Origin: an uncultured virus (IMG/VR IMGVR_UViG_3300044634_001040)
Taxonomy: Duplodnaviria > Heunggongvirae > Uroviricota > Caudoviricetes
Length of the DNA: 64,000 nucleotides
IMG/VR virus record: IMGVR_UViG_3300044634_001040
Direction: 5' to 3' (one strand)
Made by a program: the position numbers and the translations under genes
In this document: positions 8,492 through 17,141 of the stretch, piece after piece
How positions within the stretch are numbered: position 1 is the first letter of the stretch
Layout of the letters: each line of letters opens with the position of its first letter
Notes under the pieces: generated by a model
The model's input: the letters and a program-made list of their open reading frames with translations, nothing else
What the model was told of the DNA's origin: nothing
Database searches by the model: none

Positions 8492-9289
8492 TTATCTAAA
8501 AATATTTCCAATATTGCTCAGACCGGTTTTTATCTGAGACAATGAATTGTTCACATTTATGAGCTTTGTGTTAAAATTAGTGAATGAGTTAATTGCATCT
8601 TGAACAGAAGTCGGCAGGTTACCTTGGTTTATAAGTTGACCTGTTGTGCCAATTCTGTTGATTAGTTCTAAGAAGCCGTTTCCTCTATTATTTCTTTCAG
8701 AGTAAGTACCTGGTTTAAAACCAGATACACTTAGATGCGAGTATGCAAAGTTGACTGTAGCTGTTGCGTATGAATCGGTGTCTGACCAAGATAGAGTTTC
8801 TCCAGATATCTCTGTTGGAAACGCGTCCTCGAGAACATACTCATAGTAACCGTTTGAGTCTGTGCTATAGCTTCGTATTACAATACGAGTCGATATGTCC
8901 TTTACGTACCCAACTTCATACGGAAGCTGATCGTTAACTGAATTATACCCACCTCTAGTATAGTCAAAGTTTATAACACTTTGTAACCATTGGTGAAAAA
9001 AGCGCAATACTTGATGATCCGAGTCCAACATAAAGACTGCATTAAATGGCGAGTGCGTCATCTGTGTTGGGATGGATTGTCTTACGCCGAACCCGTTTGG
9101 AAAGTTATCAGTGACCGCAACGTTTACTCCAGGCGCCTGCGCAGTTTGACAAAAGAATCTTAAATCACGCAGAGACATTCCGTTATTAAATGGCGGCACG
9201 TTCATAATCTCAACAACAAACAAATTCTTACGGGCTGGTCCACCGTACTTATTCATTGTGCTCTTAAACTCGTTTATATTGAATGGCAT
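8492..9289 (-). CDS. gp54: Baseplate tail-tube initiator (gp54/gp19-like)
   Basis: GGPARKNLF, C...APG, FFHQW, LEDAFPT.IS..LSW, ATVNFAY tail-tube fold motifs. Confidence 0.75.
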   Translation of the reverse strand: MPFNINEFKSTMNKYGGPARKNLFVVEIMNVPPFNNGMSLRDLRFFCQTAQAPGVNVAVTDNFPNGFGVRQSIPTQMTHSPFNAVFMLDSDHQVLRFFHQWLQSVINFDYTRGGYNSVNDQLPYEVGYVKDISTRIVIRSYSTDSNGYYEYVLEDAFPTEISGETLSWSDTDSYATATVNFAYSHLSVSGFKPGTYSERNNRGNGFLELINRIGTTGQLINQGNLPTSVQDAINSFTNFNTKLINVNNSLSQIKTGLSNIGNIFR

Positions 9290-9907
9290 TTATCTTCCGC
9301 CTCTTATGATCTTTCTTGAGTCTTCCCAGACTTTAGTCTTACTTGCTCCAACGAAGTTTTCTGTCGGCAAGAAAAGTGCCATGTCCCACTCAGCTGGATT
9401 GATGTACACAAGTCTCGTTCTTACTTGTGACGCTAGGTAGTGTTTCACGGTCGGCCTGAACTCTTTGTATTGAGAAGCACCATTCAATAAACTATATGAA
9501 GCCCTTAGTTTAGTTGTTTCGTCAAAGTTATCATTTGATGTGACATTATATAACGCATCCATTAATTTAGCTCTTTGTGGCAGCGGCAAGTAGTGAAAGT
9601 TAATGCCAAGGAACCCGCCCTTTGCTTTATTTATCGGGAATATAAGAGGAAACCTATCGTAATAAGGAAGTGTTTCTTTGTGCTTTGGATCATACACAAA
9701 CATGTACATATGACCGATGCGAAATCTGTTTTCGTATCGGTCAGTTCCCATTTCACGTACGAATTTTAATTCTTTATCTCTAAACTCAGATCTTGCAATG
9801 CCGTTTGCTTGGTCGCGATACCAATCACGAGCAGCCTTTGTTCTCGCAGGAACTTGGCCGGAACGAATTCCCTTTAGGAGAAGATCGTCAAAAACCTTTG
9901 CTGCCAT
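9290..9907 (-). CDS. gp2: DNA end protector protein (gp2-like)
   Basis: ARDWYR, MYMFVYDPKHKETLPYYDRFPLIF, GINFHYLP, ALFLPTENF. Confidence 0.9.
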   Translation of the reverse strand: MAAKVFDDLLLKGIRSGQVPARTKAARDWYRDQANGIARSEFRDKELKFVREMGTDRYENRFRIGHMYMFVYDPKHKETLPYYDRFPLIFPINKAKGGFLGINFHYLPLPQRAKLMDALYNVTSNDNFDETTKLRASYSLLNGASQYKEFRPTVKHYLASQVRTRLVYINPAEWDMALFLPTENFVGASKTKVWEDSRKIIRGGR

Positions 9908-9908
9908 C

Positions 9909-10367
9909 TTACTTAATTCCTAAATGATCTTCGGTTATGATTTGAAACTGCCAACCCTTTTCGGCGCAGAACTTTCTTGCTGCTATCCATTTTGCTTCGT
10001 TTACACCGTAGGTCTTCACTTCGTTGATGTACCTTCTTGAAACTCTGCCGGATGGCGTCGCATTCTTTTTCCTTATATCCGGTGGCTTTGTTTGAGCCTT
10101 GGGTTTTATCTCTATCATTAATGTCTCGGTAGTTCCGCTTGCGTTCTTTTTCCTTAAAACGACGTCTGGAAAATAACGATGCATTCTTCCATCTACCGGC
10201 GACACGTATGGAACAATGTATTCTTCAGAAGCCCACCATAATACGTCAGGATGTTCATCAAGGTGACGAAAGAATTTAAATTCCCATAACGAACGATATG
10301 TAATTTTAGTCGGATCGCCGTTGTACTTCTCTGGGTGTTTTGGTCTAAATCGGCCTTTGTAGGACAT
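9909..10367 (-). CDS. gp4: Head completion nuclease (gp4-like)
   Basis: YKGRFRPKHPEKYNGDP, YRSLWE, HRYFPD, IEIKP, VNEAKW, FQIITEDHL. Confidence 0.92.
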   Translation of the reverse strand: MSYKGRFRPKHPEKYNGDPTKITYRSLWEFKFFRHLDEHPDVLWWASEEYIVPYVSPVDGRMHRYFPDVVLRKKNASGTTETLMIEIKPKAQTKPPDIRKKNATPSGRVSRRYINEVKTYGVNEAKWIAARKFCAEKGWQFQIITEDHLGIK

Positions 10368-10383
10368 GTCTTTCCGTTTTCAA

Positions 10384-10416
10384 TATAAATAGAATCAATC
10401 TCATATCCTATTTATA
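10384..10416. promoter_or_regulatory. Face-to-face pair of T4-type late promoters
   Basis: TATAAATA at 10384-10391 (+) and TATTTATA at 10409-10416 (TATAAATA on -) in the 59-bp gap between divergent gp4 and gp48. Confidence 0.8.
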
Positions 10417-10426
10417 AAGGAAACGC

Positions 10427-11386
10427 GTGTTGGGAAATATAAACGACTTTCCGCAGCCAGCCATCAGAACAAGTAAAGCTTCTGCAACAATACAGAGCTT
10501 AAGGTTCCCTATTCATAATCAGGGTGCTCATAGAATGCTGATGGTTTTCAATCAGTATAAGTATGTAGCTCCGGGTCAAAGAGGATTGAACAAACTAGGA
10601 AGTACCGGAAGAGGTAACGTCACCGGTCCAACTCCTGCTGGAAAGACCACAATAGAACTACCGCTGCCGGTAAATCTTCAAGATTCATACAACGTTCGTG
10701 TTCAAGGATACGACGCAGAACTCAGTGGTGCTCTAGTTGCCGGAGCAGCATCTCAATTTGCAGGCGCTGGAGACTTGAGCTCAGGAAACATCGCTACTGC
10801 GCTCGGCGGTGTGCTTAGTGGTTCTGGATTGGATGCAAACTCTATACTATCTCCTAACATGGGTGATATATCTAGAAACGTTGCGTTTCTCGGAAGAAGA
10901 AGCCTTCCTTCTAATCTAGGAAGAGCTGTTGACACTGGACTAGGAAACACTATTAACCCAAAGACATCACTCTACTTTGATGGTGTTAACTTAAAGCAAC
11001 TAACGTTTGATTGGAACCTAGCTCCACAAGACGCTCGGGAATCCGATGTAATACGTGATATAACGAATACGATTAAGCGAAACATGCTACCGACATACGG
11101 CACCGCCGTTGGATTTTCACAAGCTCTCTTAAACTATCCAAGCACCGTAGATATATTCCTACTGGGCGTAGACCAGCAGTACTATATGTACTTTAAGACA
11201 TCCATGATACAGGGATTTAACGTGAGCTATACTCCACACGGCCTAGCTATCGTAAAGGGTGGAAAGCCAGCAATGGTTAGTTTGAGCATGAATCTCGTTG
11301 AAGCTGACATCCATACCGCAGAAGATTATGGTGGTGCTTCAACATTTTCACCGTCTGTTGTACAAACTAGCATAGATGAAAGATAA
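10427..11386 (+). CDS. gp48: Baseplate tail-tube cap (gp48-like)
   Basis: IELPLP, INP...LYFDGV.LKQLTFDW.LAPQ..ES..I..I, LNYP, V.YTP motifs. Confidence 0.8.
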   Translation: MLGNINDFPQPAIRTSKASATIQSLRFPIHNQGAHRMLMVFNQYKYVAPGQRGLNKLGSTGRGNVTGPTPAGKTTIELPLPVNLQDSYNVRVQGYDAELSGALVAGAASQFAGAGDLSSGNIATALGGVLSGSGLDANSILSPNMGDISRNVAFLGRRSLPSNLGRAVDTGLGNTINPKTSLYFDGVNLKQLTFDWNLAPQDARESDVIRDITNTIKRNMLPTYGTAVGFSQALLNYPSTVDIFLLGVDQQYYMYFKTSMIQGFNVSYTPHGLAIVKGGKPAMVSLSMNLVEADIHTAEDYGGASTFSPSVVQTSIDER

Positions 11387-11388
11387 AA

Positions 11389-11775
11389 ATGAGCGGCGAA
11401 TATTTTCAAAAACTACCAGAGGTAAGATATAACAACGTTCTTGTGAGAGATATCACAAGACGAGTTAACTTTCTTAAACAGTCGATAGAAAACCCGTACG
11501 CGTTTCTTCCCTATACGATAGAAGAAGGCGATCGCGCAGAAGACATCGCCTATCATTACTACGGCGATCCGAACTATGCATGGCTCGTGTATCTATCAAA
11601 TAATATCATTGACCCGTATCACGATTGGCCTATGGATGAAGATACGTTCCATAATTATCTAATCGATAAGTATGCTGAGAAATCAGGAAAAACAGGATAC
11701 GAAGTGATAGACTGGGCGCGTGATACTACGGATGCATTTGGCGACAATATAGTCTATTACTATAAAGAGGTATAA
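11389..11775 (+). CDS. gp53: Baseplate wedge gp53, N-terminal (LysM-like) part
   Basis: YF..LP.V.Y, YTIEEGDRAEDIAYHYYGDPNYAWLVYLSNNIIDPYHDWP. Confidence 0.85.
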   Translation: MSGEYFQKLPEVRYNNVLVRDITRRVNFLKQSIENPYAFLPYTIEEGDRAEDIAYHYYGDPNYAWLVYLSNNIIDPYHDWPMDEDTFHNYLIDKYAEKSGKTGYEVIDWARDTTDAFGDNIVYYYKEV

Positions 11776-11777
11776 AC

Positions 11778-12029
11778 ATGGCAGTTGATTTTATTAGACT
11801 TGCACCAGATAGTTTTCGAACTATCTTTCTTCGTAAAGAAGATCGTGTAATCCTAAGAACAGAAGCTGGAAGACGTATCGTAATTAAGCGTATCATTCCT
11901 GCTGAATGGGTTCCTTATCGCGTTTACGAATACGAACAGGCATTAAACGATAATAAGAGAAATATACAACTCGTTGATCGTGTATACCTATCGCAGATCG
12001 AAAAAGAGATTGAAGACAAGATAAGATGA
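11778..12029 (+). CDS. Protein resembling the C-terminal part of gp53
   Basis: VYEYEQALNDNKRNIQLV...YLSQIEKE resembles the usual gp53 C-terminus. Has its own GAGG RBS. Confidence 0.65.
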   Translation: MAVDFIRLAPDSFRTIFLRKEDRVILRTEAGRRIVIKRIIPAEWVPYRVYEYEQALNDNKRNIQLVDRVYLSQIEKEIEDKIR

Positions 12030-13312
12030 GTGGATTTGTTTTACCTGGTTACTATAAGCTTATCTCAGCGGTAGTCACGCCGCTGAACGGCGACGGCATA
12101 GAGATACTTAGCTTAATTCCAGAGTTTACGATAGAAGAGTCTCTTGATAAGGATAGCATACGTGGAACTGCATCTGTGTATGACAATATCGGTCTGTTAG
12201 AAGATCTTCCTTTAAGAGGAGAAGAACTCCTTACGATTCAAATCGAAGACTCGCTAAAGAATAAAGTAACGCATGAGTTTGCGATATACAAAATCACAGA
12301 TGTGAATATTAAAAAGACGAACGATGGTCTTACTTATAAAATACACTTTATGTCTAAGTATTCGTTTGAAGCAATGTTTCGAAGAATTATCGAACCGTTT
12401 AACGATACGATTTCTAATATAGTAGAAAACGTGTTTCAAAACTACTATGTAGGACCTAAACAGCTCATTCTCGAAGATACGATTGGATTATTCCGTTGCA
12501 TCGTTCCAAACTATACTCCTATGCAAACTATGAACTTTCTTGCAAACAGAGCATACAGTCGAAAGAGTCCGTCGTGCTCTTTCCGTTTTTTTGAAACATC
12601 TGATAACTACTACTTCGTATCTGACGAGTATCTTATCAATCGCTTCCTTGAGAATAAAGAAGAGATTAAAGAGTTTACATTTAGTGATGCAGTAGACAAG
12701 TCTGGTACAGCGTTTCTCGCTCAGATGAAGAACCTCGTTGAGATAAGAAACTCAGATAGAGTCAACACCGCGATGGATCTCGCGTCCGGTTCCTATCGTA
12801 GCAACGTAATTGAGATCGACCTCATAAAGAGACAAGTTACACTCCCTGGCAAGTCAAATAAGTATGAGTATAACTATCAGGATGCCAAGAAGAAGTACAT
12901 GTCCGTGTCAGGAAAGGGAGAGGGTGAAGACTCTCATACGGACGAATTCATAAACGGATACTTTACTCCTGAGAATGAAAGAAGATATATCGTCATACGG
13001 GACTATGACGACTCGGGCACTCAGCAACTGAGAGGTGATCAGTTCATTCCTGAGATAGTATCTAACCGTCTTGCATATCGCCATCACTTAAATCACACTA
13101 TCGTGTACGCGAAGGCGCATGGCCGCCTTGATTTCAGTGTTGGTGATATCGTTAACATTAAGATTCCTGAGTTTAAGATGTCGCCTAACCCGCAGCAGAA
13201 TAGACAGCTATCCGGCTACTATATGATAAATGATCTAACGCATGTCTTTAATAAAGACATACATCAGACTGATATGAAACTTGTTAAGTATGATTGGAGT
13301 ACAACAGAATGA
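12026..13312 (+). CDS. Baseplate hub protein (gp27-like)
   Basis: Lies between gp53 and gp5; LPLRGEE, FRFFET, VGDIV, LSGYYMI..LTHVF motifs of hub proteins. Confidence 0.7.
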   Translation: MSGFVLPGYYKLISAVVTPLNGDGIEILSLIPEFTIEESLDKDSIRGTASVYDNIGLLEDLPLRGEELLTIQIEDSLKNKVTHEFAIYKITDVNIKKTNDGLTYKIHFMSKYSFEAMFRRIIEPFNDTISNIVENVFQNYYVGPKQLILEDTIGLFRCIVPNYTPMQTMNFLANRAYSRKSPSCSFRFFETSDNYYFVSDEYLINRFLENKEEIKEFTFSDAVDKSGTAFLAQMKNLVEIRNSDRVNTAMDLASGSYRSNVIEIDLIKRQVTLPGKSNKYEYNYQDAKKKYMSVSGKGEGEDSHTDEFINGYFTPENERRYIVIRDYDDSGTQQLRGDQFIPEIVSNRLAYRHHLNHTIVYAKAHGRLDFSVGDIVNIKIPEFKMSPNPQQNRQLSGYYMINDLTHVFNKDIHQTDMKLVKYDWSTTE

Positions 13313-15156
13313 GAGAGACTGGTGTTGGGTTATACGAGCCGCTCTTCTTTATCGGAGTTGTAGAAAACAACGTTGATGAGAGACTTGAAAAGAGAGTACA
13401 GGTCCGTGCCTTCGGAGTGCATGGAACTGTGGATCAGGTACCAACCGAGAGTCTGCCGTGGGCTACTCTTATATACGGTAGCTACGATCCAAACTCCCCT
13501 CTACCTCCTATAAACTCATTTGTATTCGGCTTCTTTGTTGATGGCCGTGATGCACAGCAACCTATGATCCTTGGTCTTATACCTACACAGTTAACCGAAG
13601 TGATTAATCCTTCGGTCACCGGGTGGGGCGCAGTTCCTGGTCGTGACTCAAGTATAATCGCAAAAGGATCTACTCCTGACGATTACGGCCAGCCGTCAAA
13701 CTCGAGACTCGAAAGAGGAGAGAACCTAGATCAGACATATGTTCTTCTGCAAGAATTGAACCGTGTAAAGGACGTGCCTACCGCAAAGATGAACAGCGAT
13801 GATCCGTCGCCTGCATTCGAAGAACCAGCTCCAGCATACAACGCACAGTATCCATACAATAGAGTTATTGAAACGGCAAGCCACTCGATAGAACTTGATG
13901 ACACTCCAGGTGCAGAGAGAATTACGATATTCCATAGATCAGGTTCATACGTATCTATTGACTCGAACGGCACATCGGTTCATAAGTCAATCTCTGATAA
14001 GTACGAGGTCAACGATACACATCAACACGTATATGTTGGTGGTAAGAGTCAAGTGACTATCATGGGAGATAGCCGAGTTCTCGTAAAAGGAAATAAGGTA
14101 GAAGAAGTTGAAGGCGACTTTATGCAGATCGTTCACGGTAACCATCTGTTATCTGTTGCCGGTCAGATGAACTTAAACGGAAGCGAAGAAGTTCAGATGC
14201 GAGCCGCCAAGCTTCGTTTTGAAGCTAACGTTGAGAACATCAATTTAAAATCGAGCAGAGCAATCAACATTGAGAGCGGAAAGTCAATCAGTGTCAAGTC
14301 TGGTGAGGCTATAGCTATACAATCAACAGACCGACTTGATATTAAGTCTGGAACAAATCTATTCTTAAATGCAGAAGACATAGGACATCTTCGAGCTCAG
14401 ACTGTTAGAATAGGCGGACAGTCTCGGGTTGACATTAATGCTTCTAATGTTTATATAGACGACAACGTTAGTATGGCTAACGGATCTGCAGTAAGCCCGT
14501 CAGTAGCAACAACTGCGGTAGCTGCAGAGGGTACAGAGCTTCCAGAACCTGCATCAAAGAGTGCAAGCACGACTCAATATAGAAACAGTTCATCGCTTGG
14601 ATCCGCTGGATACGCATCCCAGGATGAAGGTGGTGGAGGTTCTTCTTCTAGCGCTAGCGGTGCAGATCCTGCGGTAGAGTATACCGGATCGGCAAACGCA
14701 AGTATGGATCTTCTTACGCTTGTAAAATCTTTCGAAGGATTTAGTGAGTACCCGTACGAGGATTACGGACAATGGTCGATTGGTTACGGCAGTGGTGTTG
14801 GTCCTTCAAGTCAACCGCCTAAGATACCCGGACCTATATCCGAGCAAGAGGCGACACGCCTTCTAAGCGAGAACCTGCAGAAGTTTATTGTTAACGTTGA
14901 GACGATAAATCAGAAGGGTAACTATAATTGGACGCAAGAGTCGAAAGACGCTCTTACTTGCTTTGCTTATAACATTGGCAGTATAAATGAACTTACGGCC
15001 AATGGTACAAGAGATAATGCCACGATCGCGGCCAAGATGTTAGAGTATTCAAAAGCTGGCGGCGTTACTTTGAGCGCTCTTGTTCAGAGAAGAACTATTG
15101 AAAGACAAAAGTTTTTAAACGGTCTCGCTGGTACTAGCAGCGGTACACTTGTTTAA
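13309..15156 (+). CDS. gp5: Baseplate central spike gp5 with C-terminal GH24-like lysozyme
   Basis: OB-fold FIGVVEN...RVQVR..G.H, VFGFFVDG..AQQP..LG; YPYNRV.ET.S.H..E.DDTPG.ERI; beta-helix repeats; C-terminal KSFEGF...SIGYG...FAYNIG...RR..E..F. Confidence 0.88.
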   Translation: MRETGVGLYEPLFFIGVVENNVDERLEKRVQVRAFGVHGTVDQVPTESLPWATLIYGSYDPNSPLPPINSFVFGFFVDGRDAQQPMILGLIPTQLTEVINPSVTGWGAVPGRDSSIIAKGSTPDDYGQPSNSRLERGENLDQTYVLLQELNRVKDVPTAKMNSDDPSPAFEEPAPAYNAQYPYNRVIETASHSIELDDTPGAERITIFHRSGSYVSIDSNGTSVHKSISDKYEVNDTHQHVYVGGKSQVTIMGDSRVLVKGNKVEEVEGDFMQIVHGNHLLSVAGQMNLNGSEEVQMRAAKLRFEANVENINLKSSRAINIESGKSISVKSGEAIAIQSTDRLDIKSGTNLFLNAEDIGHLRAQTVRIGGQSRVDINASNVYIDDNVSMANGSAVSPSVATTAVAAEGTELPEPASKSASTTQYRNSSSLGSAGYASQDEGGGGSSSSASGADPAVEYTGSANASMDLLTLVKSFEGFSEYPYEDYGQWSIGYGSGVGPSSQPPKIPGPISEQEATRLLSENLQKFIVNVETINQKGNYNWTQESKDALTCFAYNIGSINELTANGTRDNATIAAKMLEYSKAGGVTLSALVQRRTIERQKFLNGLAGTSSGTLV

Positions 15157-15174
15157 GTATTCGGAGGATAACCT

Positions 15175-16689
15175 ATGACCACGAGTGGTCTGTGCAGTAG
15201 AAGAAATTGCGTAACTAGAGTTGGTGATTCTGGCGAGATCATAGAGCTTGAGATTCCTCAGGCTCTTGATATCGGAGAGTTTAGTGCCGCATCACTCAAC
15301 GACTTATACCAGAGCGGTGTTGTCTCTTCTCCTGGAGATAACGATCCTATCACCGTGATTACAAGACAGTATGGAACGGATCCTTTCTATTCTTCCGTTG
15401 CGGCGGTTAACCAATACTTTACGAGACCCGACGTTAGAAACCTCATTAATCCGGATAGACACCCCCTGTTAGATGAGAGAGTAAACACCGGTGTTGTCTT
15501 CACTCCTGTAGAGATAGCAGATTTTATACGTGAGTATGGCTATACCCCGATTACTCTATCTGTATCTAGCTCCATCGTATCTATCAAGTTAATTAATGAA
15601 TTCGAAGCGTTCTACACAAAGAACTTTACTCAGAGTACTATCGGCAGTTTCTGCGCTCTCGTTCCTAGCATATTTGGTGCTATAGGAGCATTCTTTACGG
15701 CCCTTGACGGAATTGCAGATTTAGTCAATAAGCTAAAGAACTTCGCACTTAACTTTTCTCTAGCAGGTCTGTTGAATCAGCTTAAAGATAATATAACAAA
15801 AGTATTGGATAAAGTAATTGATAAAGTGAAGAACATTATCGAAAACTTTTCAATCGCAGATGTTATTTCTGAAGTAAAGACATTTATAGTAGAAAAGATA
15901 GGTGGTCAGTTTCAAAAGATAAAAGAAGCTGCGATGAAGTTCTTTGATCCTGAAAACTTAAAGAACTTTAAGAATAAGATACAAGCAATCATAGACTATG
16001 CGGTCGGCGTGTTTAAAAACCCGACTCTTGAAGATATCCAGTTTCTTCTATATAGATTCTGCCAATTCGTTTCACAAGTAGAGAACGGCATCAATGCAAT
16101 TAAAAACCCCCTCGACACCTTTGTGAATTCATATAAAGATACGATAAGCATTCTAACATCAAACTCAGCCGCAAATAGCGCGCGATCCGTCACTGCTGGT
16201 GGAATTCGTTACGATCTTCCTGCTCGTGGTACTGGAATAAATACAAGTAGAGAAATTTATACAGCAGCTGGAGATATTCCGCCAATGGGCCCGGAAGATT
16301 TTCAAGCAGTAACTCCTTGGAACGAAGGCAAGGGTGACTCTAGAGTAACGTTTAACGGTAGGTGGGTTGCTGCTTTAGGCAGAGATGGTTGGGAGAAAGT
16401 TGACATTGGAGTAAGAGCAATGTTAATGAAGGTTCAGAAAGACTTTGGCCGACCTCTGTTTGTAAATAGTGGATACAGATCGCCTGAATATAATGCAAAA
16501 TTAGACGGGGCCGCTAAGAACTCGTATCATATGCAAGGAAAGGCTTTAGATATATCTTGGTCTGGTCTAAACAATGAAACTAAAGAAGAGTTTATAAGAT
16601 TGGCGAGAACGCGTGGATTCAGAGGAATAGGAAGATACAACAGCTTCATTCATATAGACGTAGGACCAGAAAGATCGTGGTCCGGCTAG
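15175..16689 (+). CDS. Helical virion protein with C-terminal peptidase M15 (Zn peptidoglycan peptidase) domain
   Basis: VNSGYRSPEYN...AKNSYHMQGKALDI...GIGRYNSFIHIDVG. Confidence 0.8.
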   Translation: MTTSGLCSRRNCVTRVGDSGEIIELEIPQALDIGEFSAASLNDLYQSGVVSSPGDNDPITVITRQYGTDPFYSSVAAVNQYFTRPDVRNLINPDRHPLLDERVNTGVVFTPVEIADFIREYGYTPITLSVSSSIVSIKLINEFEAFYTKNFTQSTIGSFCALVPSIFGAIGAFFTALDGIADLVNKLKNFALNFSLAGLLNQLKDNITKVLDKVIDKVKNIIENFSIADVISEVKTFIVEKIGGQFQKIKEAAMKFFDPENLKNFKNKIQAIIDYAVGVFKNPTLEDIQFLLYRFCQFVSQVENGINAIKNPLDTFVNSYKDTISILTSNSAANSARSVTAGGIRYDLPARGTGINTSREIYTAAGDIPPMGPEDFQAVTPWNEGKGDSRVTFNGRWVAALGRDGWEKVDIGVRAMLMKVQKDFGRPLFVNSGYRSPEYNAKLDGAAKNSYHMQGKALDISWSGLNNETKEEFIRLARTRGFRGIGRYNSFIHIDVGPERSWSG

Positions 16690-16724
16690 TAAGAACACAA
16701 TCCTTGCCTAGGGAGGCATAATAA

Positions 16725-17141
16725 GTGGTAGTACAGATCGTAACACCAGTTCGTAAGAGAGTTAGTCTGTTCTCAGACTTTCACAAGGATCTCACGCAGA
16801 ATCCTATTACCGAAGACTTGGCAGTGAAGAGAGACGAAGAAGCTGTAAAGGAAGCCATTAAGAACCTCATTCTTACGGATCGTGGCGAGAGACTAATGCA
16901 ACCACTCGTCGGCGGAAACATTCGCGCCATGCTTTTCGAGAATAACACGCCATCGACCATAAAGATCATTCAAGAATCAATCAAAGAAACGATTAACTTT
17001 TACGAACCGAGAGCAACACTCTTGGATGTTATAGTTCAATCTTCATTAGATGAATCTACTGTAGAAGTCGCGATCTATTTCTACATAAATAACATTGAAC
17101 AGCCGATCACCTTAACGGTGTTCCTAGAGAGGACAAGATAA
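16725..17141 (+). CDS. gp25: Baseplate wedge subunit gp25
   Basis: AVKEAIKNLILT..GERLMQP..G.NIRAMLFE, YEPR, FLERTR. Confidence 0.92.
   Translation: MVVQIVTPVRKRVSLFSDFHKDLTQNPITEDLAVKRDEEAVKEAIKNLILTDRGERLMQPLVGGNIRAMLFENNTPSTIKIIQESIKETINFYEPRATLLDVIVQSSLDESTVEVAIYFYINNIEQPITLTVFLERTR

Noticed and set aside
9909..10367. TnsA-like nuclease as evidence of a transposon or homing endonuclease
   Set aside because: Motifs and position next to gp2 match the core gp4 head completion protein.
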